Shown here: piece after piece, positions 25,315-36,170 of the stretch
Layout: each line of letters opens with the position of its first letter
How positions within the stretch are numbered: position 1 is the stretch's first letter
Assembly: GCF_004010195.1 (NCBI RefSeq)
Contig: NC_057718.1
Span: 90,403,758 to 90,465,988 of the forward strand
Length of the DNA: 62,231 nucleotides
Reading direction: 5' to 3'
From: Chiloscyllium plagiosum
Lineage: Eukaryota
Position numbers and translations under genes: made by a program
Notes under the pieces: model-generated
The model's database searches: none
The model's input: the letters and a program-made list of their open reading frames with translations, nothing else
What the model was told of the DNA's origin: nothing

Positions 25315-25905
25315 ATACCTACCTCTTGGCTGCCTCTTACATCTCTTAACTTACTTTCTTAGAGGTTTCTTTGTGCTTCCTTTGATGCTCTCAGTTTCTC
25401 TGATTTGCATTAGCATCTCGCACAGACTGAAAGGTAGGCAGCGTATTGTGCTTGGCATCAACAGCCAAGGGCGTGGACATGTTGGTCTCCAGCACCTTTT
25501 ATGCCTATGTGTAACCTATGATGTGTGCCAACAGTTTGGGTGACAAACACACAGCATATGCCTCAGTCTAAAGGCCATGTTTGAATGTCAAAAGTGACTA
25601 GTTCTAACTGGCGTCAAGGGGGATTGTTGTCAGTCAGGGATACCACTACAGTCACTCAAGGATTAGAGTACTGAGGGTCGGTTATAGTCAGCTACCTGGT
25701 CCAGTGTCTACACTGTCTGGGGATTGGGCCTTTGTCAGTCCTGCAGGCCAGTCTGGGATGAAGCTATAAATGTTGGGAAGATGGGGAGACATTAGTCTCG
25801 ACACTGTGGCACGAAGATTCAGGGCTGTCCTCACAGTTCAGGGCAGGGGCTCGGGCCATGGTCACTCTTGGGAGCTTGGGCAATAATTCTCGGGGGTTTT
25901 ATCAC

Positions 25906-26585
25906 AGGTGTAAGGATGTGTGTGTGCATGTACATATGTGTGTAACTGTTAGTGTATGTGTGTGTGCATGCATGTGCATATGTGTTAGTGTATATATGTG
26001 TGTGTCTATACGTGTGTAGTGTACATGTATGTGCATATGTTAGTGTATGTTTAGGTTAGATTACTTACAGTGTGGAAACAGGCCCTTCGGCCCAACAAGT
26101 CCACACCGACCCTCCGAAGAGCAACCCACCTAGACCCATTCCCCTACATTTACCCCTTCACCTAACACTACGGGCAATTTAGCATGGCCAATTCACCTAA
26201 CCTTCACATTTTTGGACTGTGGGAGGAAACTGGAGCACCCTGAGGAAACCCACTCAGACATGGGGAGAATGTGCAAACTCTGCATAGACAGTTGCCTGAG
26301 GCGGGAATTGAACCCGGGTCTCTGGCACTGTGAGGCAGCAGTGTTAACCACTGTGCCACCGTGCCGCTCACGGTGTGTGTGTATATGTGTCTACACGTGT
26401 GTAGTGTACGTGTGTGCATATGTGTTAGTTTGTGTACACGTGTGTGTGTAAGTGGGTGTGTACGAGTGTGTATATGTGTGTGTCTACATGTGTGTAATGT
26501 ATGTGTGTATATGTGTTAGTGTATGACTGTATGTCTACACGTGTGTAGCATATGTGTTAGTGTGTGTACGCGCGTGTGTGTGTGA
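25906..26585 (-). repeat. Same minisatellite inverted, split by an HE1 SINE
   Basis: Begins aggtgtaaggatgtgtg; recurrent tatgtgttagtg / acgtgtgtagtg units. Confidence 0.85.
26051..26367 (-). mobile_element. Full-length HE1/V-SINE
   Basis: Reverse complement of the 8517-type element. Confidence 0.93.
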
Positions 26586-27074
26586 ATATGATGTGTTGGG
26601 GAAAGGGAGTAACCTTACTTCTGGGGATGGGCTGCATTGTACCGTGACATTGAGGGGGTAATGACAATGAAGGGGGTCAACAGCAAAAGTAGTGATGGAA
26701 TTTGAGATAACACAGGAGGGTATGGAGGGCTGCAGGACTGGGGTTGGTCCACCAACCTGGCTTCAGCACCAGGATTGTGGATGGTTAGGGTGCACACAGC
26801 GATGCAGTAAGCCAAGGTCTGAGGGAGAGAACTGAGTAAGTAGGAAGCGCAGAGGGGTGGGCTATAAGAATGAGGTGGACCATAAGACCATAAGACATAG
26901 GAGCAGAGGTTAGGCCATTCAGCTCATCGAGTCTGCTCTGCCATTCAATCATGGCGTTTTTCCGCTTCCTCCCCAGACAACAGCCATGAAGTGCAGATGC
27001 TGCGTGTAATAGTGAGAATGTGAGACTGTTAGCTTTGGAGACCTCTCCGTTCAGTCGCAAGGTTTGAGTGAATA

Positions 27075-27275
27075 GTTAAAAATCACACAACACCAGGTTG
27101 TAGTCCAACAGGTTTAATTGGAAGCACACTAGCTTTCGGAGCGACGCTCCTTCATCAGGTGATTGTGTCGCTCCGAAAGCTAGTGTGCTTCCAATTAAAC
27201 CTGTTGGACTATAACCTGGTGTTGTGTGATTTTTAACTTTGTACACCCCAGTCCAACACCGGCATCTCCGAATCA
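27075..27275. mobile_element. Miniature fold-back PLE, family B
   Basis: Inverted arms; TSD tgagtgaat (27065-27073, 27276-27284). Confidence 0.88.
27127..27161 (-). ncRNA. Minimal type I hammerhead ribozyme motif, family B, intact core
   Basis: CAC CUGAUGA A GGAGC GUC GCUCC GAAA GC UA GUG; helix I CAC/GUG, palindromic AGCU helix III. Confidence 0.8.
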
Positions 27276-28036
27276 TGAGTGAATGGTGTCTGTGAGGTAG
27301 CAGCGAGAGGGTGGTGGACCTGGGGACAGAAGACCACTGACCTGCTCCCTGCATGTTCCTCTGTCTGAGAAACTGGCCGTACCCTCCCTACCACCAGGAC
27401 ATACCTCCCTGAAAATGGCACTTTTCCAAAATATGGGAACATTCAGCCACATTGGCATCTTCCAATCAAGTGGCACCCTGTGAAATGTCTAAATACTTTG
27501 AGCAAGAGGATGCAGTTAAATCTGGTGAAAGAGTGTAACCGTACAGTGTACACGGCTGTACACTCAGACCCATTACTAATTTGTGACAAGTTACTGCCGT
27601 AGCAGAAAGTTATTACCTCTGCCCTATCTCTGAAGTTACCTAACTGTGGCAACAGATCTTCAGATGCTCCTGTTGAGGGTGGATCGTGATTGTTTAGATC
27701 ATGTGGAAAGGCCTAACTCAATCCATATCCCTTGAAGGTGATGGCAAATTGTAAATCTCACACTGGTACTGCGCCTAAAAAGGATTCAAACTGTCCGGAG
27801 AGAGTGAAAGACCTTTACAGTGAGTAACATCGAGTCACAGAGTCAAACACCATCACTTCCCAGTTAGTTCTAGTAAAACAAAACAGGTAGTCGTGCCTGC
27901 TCTGTTGAAACAGAACTCTAACACGGTGGGCTCATCACAAAGGAAGCTAGTTGGCAGAATTGATGATGGACCTTCATTCATTCCAGTTCGAAATTCTGAC
28001 TGGCTAGGAATCGCTAGTTGACTTGTACTAAATTGA

Positions 28037-28218
28037 GTTAAAAATCACACAACACCAGGTTAGATTTGGAAGCACTAGCTTTCAGAGCACTGCTCCTTGG
28101 TCAAGTAGCTAGCACAATGAAAGCTTATACTTCCCAATAAACGTGTTGGGACTATAACCTGGTGTTGTGTGATTTTTAACTTTGTCAAACCCAGTCCAAC
28201 ACCGGCTCCTCCACATCA
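28037..28218. mobile_element. Miniature fold-back PLE, family B, older
   Basis: Inverted arms; TSD tgtactaaattg / tgtcctaaactg (28024-28035, 28219-28230). Confidence 0.82.
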
Positions 28219-28984
28219 TGTCCTAAACTGGACAGCGGATTGTCAGCTGCTGATGATGTGTGAAAGTAGAGAAGAGACGTGGTCTGGATGCCAACAATTA
28301 TCGACAAATAAATAGGGATTTTGATGCTTAAAGTGTGCTTGATAGGAACTGAAATGTTTACGTTTTGGTTTGCTGATGGTGGGGAATAAAACCCACGGAT
28401 GTTGGTCAGTCACAAATATCCTCCTGACTGATTCACTTCTGCCCCACTGTGAGAAAATTCACTCTCACGAGCTTTCAATTGAATTCACTCTTCAATGCAG
28501 TTCACTTCGAAAGGAAATCAAGCAGACAGCTCGCATTTGTTTCAGATGTAATATCGGCACAAATTGATGGTTTGTTTACTGAAAATTACCTTCAAAATCC
28601 TTGGAGTGCTGTAAAACTGTGTTGGGTCATTTCACACTGCCATTATCAAATCTCATTTCAGTGCCACAAGATGAAGGAGCGCAGTCCCGATCTCTGAGAT
28701 GATCAACGACTTCACGGCTTCAAAGGTTAATTTGCAACGCTGATAAAGAATGATCTACTTTCCAGTGCATTCAGTTTTAAATGTGCAACTGCAAATTATT
28801 AAAATCCAATTTGTCTGAGAGGAAGAAAAGGAGTTTTCTTGTGTTGTAAGGACTGAAATAAATAACAACTACACACGAACCCAGCTATGGGGCTTCCGGA
28901 TTATTGTTTAATGCATATGTTGCATGGCCACTTTTGTAAGTACTTAACTGAAAGCCACAAAGGACCATAGGCATTCCTCTCTCT

Positions 28985-29645
28985 ATTGGTGGTGAGATGC
29001 TAATGTCACTGAACTAGTAATTTGTTCGGTCCCAGCTAACATCTAGAGATGTGGTTTCACATTCTTGTTGGAATTTAGATTCAATTAATAAATCTGAACA
29101 TAGAAGGGTTTTGATATTTGTGATCCTGACAAATATCATTGCATCTTTTAAAAGTGCATCCAGGCCATTAATGTCCTTTTACACACAGAAATCTGCCATC
29201 CTTGTCTGATCTGTCTTCCATGTGATTCCTGTCAGGATTAGAGTGGTGCTGGGAAAGCACAGCAGGTCAGGCAGCATCCGAGGAGCAGGAAAACCAATGT
29301 TTCGGGCAAAAGTCAGGAATACGTTTGGGAGCCTCCAGAGTGGAGAGATAAATGGGAGGGGTTGGGGCTGGGGAGAAGGTAGCTGAGAGTGCTATAGGTG
29401 GATGGAGGTGGGGGATGAAGGTGATAGGTTAGAGAGGAGGGTGGAGCGGATAGGTAGGTAGGAAGATGGACAGGTGGGACAGGTCATGAGGGCACTGCTG
29501 AGCTGGAAGGTTGGACTCCATGTGACTCCAGGCAATCCAGAGAGTGGGTAACTCTTTCACGTGCTCTGAAAGGCCTAGGAAGTCACTTAGGGATGGGCAA
29601 TAAATCCTGGCCTTGCCAGAAATGTTCACTTCCCTCAAAGATGAA
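28985..29645 (+). mobile_element. Second SINE family sharing its 3' end with LINE family 2
   Basis: Head taatgtcactgaactagtaat; body aaatctgccatcctt; tail tagggatgggcaataaatcctggccttgccag. Confidence 0.7.
29230..29516 (-). mobile_element. 5'-truncated PLE family A (3' UTR plus 3' module)
   Basis: Homologous to 48110-48395; TSD tccatgtgattcc / tccatgtgactcc (29217-29229, 29517-29529). Confidence 0.85.
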
Positions 29646-30684
29646 AACGAATTTGAAAGATTCAACTAGCTCTATGTAGTTTGAGGGTTACCACAGCAAT
29701 GTGGGGCAAGGCGAGGTGGGGGCAGGGTAGGGGGTGTGGCTGGGTGGGGCAAGGATACCTGACCGAAGCTACTTTGTTCTGTCTGAAAAAAAACACAAAT
29801 GATAATGCATCCCGCCAATTACACCAAGGCAGGGGGTCTTTGGGGGAACCTGGAAATGGCGGAGGAACCTGCAAAGCGCACAATTCTTGTGGAGGCTCAG
29901 GGATGGATTTCATCAGCCATTTCTGGCCAATTGTCCACCCAGTGGGCAGCTAGAATGACAGGGAGGGTGATGGCCATCGAAAGCAAGTGAAGCACAGCCA
30001 ACCCCATTAGAGAGGGCAGAGGCTGGAGTAGGTGGTTTAGTTATGATTGGATAATAGGCTGGAGAGAGAAGCTGAGGGGCTTTGAGGAAGTGGTCAGCAG
30101 TGGCACGATTTAAGAATGTCCATCAAATATGCCACTTTGCCCAATGCCTTAATATTATCCATTAAAAATGGAGGGCATTTCTAGTGTGTTGGGAAGGGGT
30201 CTCATTCCCCATCACCATCCCCATCCCCCACTAGGTCTTTAACAAACATCCTTTGTTCTATCCCACTTGCTACTGTAGGATTAAGGGAGTTAGATACAGT
30301 TCTTAGTGCTAAAGGGTTCAAATGTCATGGGAGAAAGCAAGAACAGGCTCTCATTCAGAGTGGAGCAGGTTTGGATGGGCCAAATGACCTACTACCGCAG
30401 CTAGTTTCTGTTGCTATGTCACTGTTGGCATGGCGACGGAAGGCCACTGAGGCAGATTCATGTCGGGGACCATGACTGGCAATTATCTTCCGACTCCTTC
30501 ACAGCACCCAATGTCCACCTCAATACTTGACTCCAGGGCACGGAGTAAATTCCGGTCAGTGCATCTTTTTCCTTTTCCACCAGCTTGACATGTTTCCAAA
30601 ATCGTAGCTCCTTCTTGGAAGAATGATTGGGTGGCTTTGCAAGATTTCCCCAAAATCTTCCATTCACCCAAAGTGCTTCAAGTA

Positions 30685-30820
30685 CTGCAGAAGAGTTAGA
30701 CCCGACTGGAAACGTTGACTCTGTTCCTCTCTCCACAGATGCTGCCCAGACTTGCTGATTTTCTCCAGCACTCTCTGCTTTTATTTCAAGCCTTCAGAAA
30801 CTGCAGTGTTGTACTTCTTT
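30685..30820 (+). mobile_element. Old PLE 3' module, C-like
   Basis: ctgcagaagagttagacccgactggaaacgttgactctgttcctctctccacagatgctgcc: degenerate HHR plus shared downstream motif. Confidence 0.6.
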
Positions 30821-30944
30821 TTCAAAGCTACCATCAGGAACTGAGCTGTGTCCAGCGCTGTCCAGAAAAGTTACAGTCACAGTCAGTCAGCCTGCGCAGT
30901 AACAGTGAATCAAAGTGATACTAAAACATCCCTGACTAGCAGGA

Positions 30945-31165
30945 AGGTGGTAGTTTAGTGGTAATCCCAGTAAGAGGCTGTTAATCCAGAATCTCTGCTC
31001 AACGTTCTGGGGATATGGGTTCAAATCCCACCCAGGCAGGTCGTGAAATTTGAATTCAGTTAAAATTTGGAATAAAAGAAAAGCTAGCCGAGTTGCAACC
31101 GTAAAAGTTCATCTGGTTCTCTAATGTCCTCTTGGCAAGGAAAATCAGCTACCTTTACTGATCCT
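30945..31165 (+). mobile_element. Second SINE family, 5' part
   Basis: tRNA-like head gtagtttagtggtaat...gggttcaaatcccac. Confidence 0.65.
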
Positions 31166-31655
31166 GGAAAAGCAGTTAATTAAAATCAGCTAACAAACAC
31201 TTGGCTGAGCTCCAACACCCATCGTTAGATTCAGTTCAGCAGAATGTAATGACAGTTTCTAGAGGCTGTGGGAGTTTTGCTTTGATTGACAGTTTAATGA
31301 ACAGTAAATAGGATTTAAAGTAATTTTGAAAAGAGTTTAAAATGGCTGTTTATTTATTTTGTTAGTTCTGTGTGCATTATGGATGAGAATGAGTGAACAT
31401 CAGAGTTTTGGATGATGCATGGCTGTGTATGGACTAGCCATGCAGTTAATCAGGGCTATGGGGAATGAATGGTCGAGGAGAAAGTCTAGGGTACCTGAAA
31501 CCCATACATAGAACTGGGCCAGTGCCCCAGGAAGGGAGGTGCACCATCTAGTTGTCCGCCTTGGGCTTGCTTCAGGAAGCAAGCTAACTCTGTGAGAGAG
31601 AAAGTAAGGGAAGAATGTAGTATGAGTTAAGAGTTGGAAAGACAATGTTGGGAAA

Positions 31656-31719
31656 TATCGACTCTTCTGCCCTTCGGATGCTGCCTGACCGGCTGTGCTT
31701 TTCCACCACCATATGTTTT
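31656..31719 (+). mobile_element. 64-bp PLE family A insertion
   Basis: Perfect 15-bp TSD gacaatgttgggaaa (31641-31655, 31720-31734); contains ggatgctgcctgaccggctgtgcttttcca. Confidence 0.85.
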
Positions 31720-31827
31720 GACAATGTTGGGAAAGGTGTTTAACTCGCGTTAAATGTAAAAGGGAAAAAAAACTGACCCACAATCCTTCTTCAGGGCGGT
31801 AGGGAAATTCAGCAATGACTCTTATTC

Positions 31828-32320
31828 AATTTTTATAGATGCACCAAAGAAAGTATCCTATACCGATACACCACAGCTTGGTATGGTAACTGCTCTGCCC
31901 AAGACCATAAGAAATTACAGAGAGTTGTGAACACAGCCCAGTCCATCACACAAACCCAACCTTCCATCCATTGGCTCCGTACTTCCCACTGCCTTGGGAA
32001 AGCTGCCAACATAATCAAAGACCCCTCCCACCCTAGTTATACTGCCTTCCACTCATCGGGCAGAAGATATAAAAGTTTGAAAAAAAATGTACCAACAGAT
32101 TCAAGAACAGCTTCTTTCCCGTTGTTATCAGACTGATGGACGGACTTCTCATATATTAGGGTTGATGTTTCTCTGTTCCTTCTCTGTAATACCAAATTCT
32201 GCATTCTGTCCTGTTACCCTTTTGTACTTATGTAAGGTATGATATGTATGGTTAGCAAATAAAACAACACTTTTCACTGTATCCTGGTATGTGTGACAAT
32301 AATAAATCAAATCAAAATCA
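31828..32320 (+). mobile_element. Rex1/Babar LINE 3' fragment
   Basis: AWYGNCSAQDHKKLQRVVNTAQSIT...KAANIIKDPSHP; (aatca)n tail. Confidence 0.85.
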
Positions 32321-32571
32321 TTGCATTTGTCGGACTTGGGACAATTAGCTGGAGCTAGTGCACACAAAATGCCACCTGTTTTGCACACGAATTTGAAATT
32401 GATATCCTACAACGGGGTACAACCACGATTTATTAAATTTGACACCTACCTCAGAGATCAGCTGGATTTGGCATCAGGCAGGCCGTGTGTAACAACGTGT
32501 CAGCTGAGGTGAATTTTCCATTTTCCGTACTCCAAGCCCTTCCGTTTGTCAGACCAAAAGTGGCTGACGAC

Positions 32572-32697
32572 AGAAATAACTGCACAGAGGCTGGTATCCC
32601 GTCACCTCTTATTCACACGTCGAGAGTCCTTGACACTGATCCTGCTCCCTGAGAGCCAGCTCTCAGAGTGGGCAGGACCCCAGACACTCCTGTTTAA
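32572..32697 (-). mobile_element. Partial LTR related to 33750-33984
   Basis: Shares agagccagctctcagagtg...gacactcctgttta. Confidence 0.6.
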
Positions 32698-33451
32698 TTT
32701 CCTTTTTTTCTGGAATGACCGTCGGGATCCCTGCTCTGGAAATAGCTGTGGGTATCGCTGTCAGGGCGGTAGCTATCTGGGATCCATCTCCTGGTGGTAG
32801 CTGCAGGGATAGCTCTCTTACATGAGGTCATGACCTGCAATAATACTAATTGCAGGCCTGTTATCTTTGCACCAAATCTGTTCTTGACATTGTGTTCCTG
32901 ACGTTCCCTTTTGAGGTTGATTGGCTTCCTGCTATTTTCGAGTAGGTATGAATTTATTTTGATTAATTGGAAAGTCTGGCATCTTTGCATGAATATTGAT
33001 CGAAGTTGAATGTCCGGTATCTACCGAGGTCCCATTCAGTCTGGGTGCAGTAGCGTTAGGCCTGGTTGATTGTTCTTTTAGAGTTGAGGTGTGAATTGGA
33101 TTTTCGGGCTGAACAGTGGTTTTAGGAAGCTATCCCTGTGACTGTGTATTTTTCCAGTCCATAGCCCAGCTGTCTTTTTAATTTTAAAAGTTCATTTAAG
33201 AAGTCCAAAACTTTAGTCAAGTATTTCAGATTAAGGGGATATTTGCTCAATCCTGCACTACCTACTCGACCCCTATGATGCTCCTCTCATTCAATTCTAG
33301 CTCCATTCCACTGCTCACTGCTCCCTAAACAGCTTGATACTTTTGGGATATCCTGGAGTGCTGCTAGCACCATCTTTAAAATATCATAGTGTACTGGACA
33401 AGCTCTTTTAGTCTAGAACTACCCTGCAACATTCCTGACATTTGCCTCAGA

Positions 33452-33643
33452 TATGCAGAGAAGAGAAAATTGGCAACCCACTTCACTGACAGGGACCTGG
33501 ACGTCCCTGTGGACTGTGTAGTTTAGACACAGGATGCCCTCGTCCCTCAGGACTGGAAGACATGACACCAGACCCTACCAGCCTGATCCATGGTTGCTAC
33601 CCAACTGAGTGATGTCCCAGCTGTCTGGAGGAGTGCGCTGCTT
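33452..33643 (+). pseudogene. Myb/SANT-like (Harbinger-type) relic
   Basis: Translates with stops as KRKLATHFTDRDLDVPVDCVV*TQDALVPQDW...LPA*SMVATQLS. Confidence 0.45.
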
Positions 33644-33749
33644 CTCTCACTCACTGTTACCCACCCCAAATTGGACACCAGTAACCTTGCACTGCCTAAG
33701 CACTCACTCAGGGCACCTTCTTACCTGCTTCAAATTTTACAGTTGTTCC

Positions 33750-33984
33750 TGAACTAACTCCACAGAGCCTAGTATACCATCAATAAGTCATCCTTTATTG
33801 ACACGTACATACTACTTGACACTGGTACGGCTTTCTCAGAGCCAGCTCTCAGAGTGCGCAGAACCCCCGACACTCCTGTTTATATCTGTCAGCCAGGACT
33901 CCCTGATTGGACCCGACTAACAGCCCCAATCAGGGAACTCATATGCTGTGAGGTCCACCTGCTAACATCATTACAGTCACTACA
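33750..33984 (-). mobile_element. Solo-LTR-like element, about 235 bp
   Basis: TG...CA termini; CCAAT, TATAAA and AATAAA in order on the - strand. Confidence 0.65.
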
Positions 33985-35096
33985 ATGACAAGTTCAATTC
34001 TCCCCTGTGTTTCTCAATGCCCTACAAACTCAAATTTAGCAATAACTTCTACACTGACTATATTAGTTATGCTGCATAATTCAAATGTTTGCTTGATTTG
34101 TTATTATTGAGGCAACCAAATGATTTCAGGTGAACAAGACCCTGAAATGCAATGTGTGTGCTATGCATAAATATAACCTTTGTATTGGTAAATGTGAGGT
34201 CACGGGAATAAGTAAGTGATGTATTGCTGGTGTTTAAATACAAAACCACGCATAAACTCTTTTTTGATTAAGGAATCTAAATACATGTTAATGTTACAGG
34301 TGAAGATTATGAAGAAAAAGCATTAAATGCTGCAACACATTATGAAGAATGAATTTTCTGCCTGCAAATAGAACTCTCAAATGACAACCACACATTATCC
34401 TGGTTTAATTTGTATCTCCCCAGTTTAATCCATCTGTTGTCTCATCATCAAGTACTGAGGGAATGTTAAATCGACTGATTAAACTAATCAAATTTTTTTT
34501 CTTTAATATAAAGTTTGGTGAATTGACATTGGAGGAGCTCCGTTGTTGTGTGGGTGAAATAAACTCTCAAAGGAGTAGTGTTCCGTTTTCGAGAACACCC
34601 ACGTCATTGTAGAGTGAGATCCGGTAAACAATCTTCTGAAGCTCTGTGGCGTAATTGGTTTTCCAGAGTTCAATACAACAGCATCCATTTAGTAGACTGC
34701 TGGAGTAAAATATAACAGAGTTTATCTCCTATCAGTATTGGCAAAGTAATGAATTTTGGACACAGAGCACTGTGGCTTGTTCAACTGAATCTGATCTAAA
34801 ATAAATACCATCATATTCAGGGTCACCCGATGCTTTGGTTTCTTTCACAGCAAGTTATGAAAAGTTGTGTGAAGTTTGCCTTTGGTTTACTGTGATTTAT
34901 GCAACTTGCTGCAACTCTGAGAATTGGGTTTCAAGAGTGACTGAGCAGGAGTTGAATTGGATGGATCAATACTCACTTTGCTCTCCTTGTGCAGGTTTAA
35001 TGGTCACCCTTAGCAGCTGCTCAGTATGTGCTGGGCTACACAGTGGCATCCTGTTCCCCTCATTTGCAGGAGAAAGAAACTTAGAGTAAATCTACT

Positions 35097-35222
35097 CAGA
35101 GTCATAGAGTCGTAGAGATGTACAGCACGGAAACTGACCTTTCACTCCAACTTGTCCATGTCGACCAGATATCCTAAGCTAATCTCGTCCCATTTGCCAG
35201 CATTTGGCCCATATCCCTCTAA
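35097..35222 (-). mobile_element. CR1 (HER1-like) 3' tail, target of the PLE palindrome
   Basis: agagtcatagagtcgtagagatgtacagcacggaaac... Confidence 0.85.
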
Positions 35223-35315
35223 GGAGAAAGTGAGGTCTGCAGATGCTGGAGATCAGAGCTGGAAATGTGTTGCTGGAAAAGCGCAGCAGGTCAGGCAGCA
35301 TCCAGGGAACAGGAG

Positions 35316-35351
35316 AATCGACGTTTCGGGCATAAGCCCTTCTTCAGGAAT
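35316..35351 (-). ncRNA. Mirror-image hammerhead motif, family A
   Basis: Exact reverse complement of 35353-35388. Confidence 0.78.
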
Positions 35352-35352
35352 G

Positions 35353-35388
35353 ATTCCTGAAGAAGGGCTTATGCCCGAAACGTCGATT
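35353..35388 (+). ncRNA. Minimal type I hammerhead ribozyme motif, family A
   Basis: AUUC CUGAAGA A GGGC UUAU GCCC GAAA CG UC GAUU; predicted cleavage after C35384; helix I weak. Confidence 0.78.
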
Positions 35389-35844
35389 CTCCTGTTCCCT
35401 GGATGCTGCCTGACCTGCTGCGCTTTTCCAGCAACACATTTCCAGCCCATATCCCTCTAAACCTTGGTCCTGATGGAATGCATCCCAGAGTGCTGAAAGA
35501 AATGGCAGAAGTTATAGTAGAAGCGTTAGTGGTAATTTACCAAAATTCACTGGATTCTGGGCAGCTCCCGGCAGACTGGAAGACTGATATGATATTTGAT
35601 ATTATTGTCACATGTTCTCAAGTACAGGAGTACAGTGAAAGTGCAGACGCCACCACACAAGACACCATCTCAGGTACAGGTATCTAGGCACAGAATCTTA
35701 AGAACAAGGTAGAAAAAAAGAACAAAGTTAAAAGTTAAACATAGCATTAATTGTAGTACAGTACGAAATACGGCTAAATGTTACACATTTCAGACCTCCT
35801 TCGTTTTAAGTAAAAAATAAAGAAACAAAGCTGAAGAGGAACCA

Positions 35845-36170
35845 TGGGTGGCTCAGTGGTGAGCACTGCTACCTCACAGCGCCAGGGACCTGGGTTCAAT
35901 TCCAGTCTCGGGTGACTATCTGTGTGGAGTTTGCACATTCTCCCTGTGTCTGTGTGGGCTCCTTTGGGTGCTCTGGCATCCCCCCACAATCCAAAGATGT
36001 GAATTGGCCAGGCTAAATTACCCATAGTGTCACAGGGATGTGCAGGCTAGGATCATTAGTCATGGAGATGGGAAAGGGGGGGGGGGGGGGGGGGGGTCTG
36101 GATGGGATGCTCTTTGGAGGGTCAGTGTGTACTTGTTGGGCTGAATGACCTGTTTCCACACTGTAGGGAT
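35845..36170 (+). mobile_element. HE1/V-SINE with a poly-G tract
   Basis: A/B boxes and V core. Confidence 0.88.

Larger units (their letters stand above)
35223..35446. mobile_element. Young fold-back PLE, family A, perfect palindrome
   Basis: 94-bp perfect arms spanning 35258-35446 around G35352; perfect 16-bp TSD gcccatatccctctaa (35207-35222, 35445-35460). Confidence 0.93.

Noticed and set aside
25053..25543. His/Thr-rich or Val/Cys-rich ORFs (also 49081-49595 and 58752-59477)
   Set aside because: They are read-throughs of CA/TG micro- and minisatellites.
36076..36096. Poly-G/C runs (also about 12088, 20909 and 44616) as functional G-quadruplexes
   Set aside because: They are homopolymer expansions, mostly within repeats, and are prone to sequencing error.
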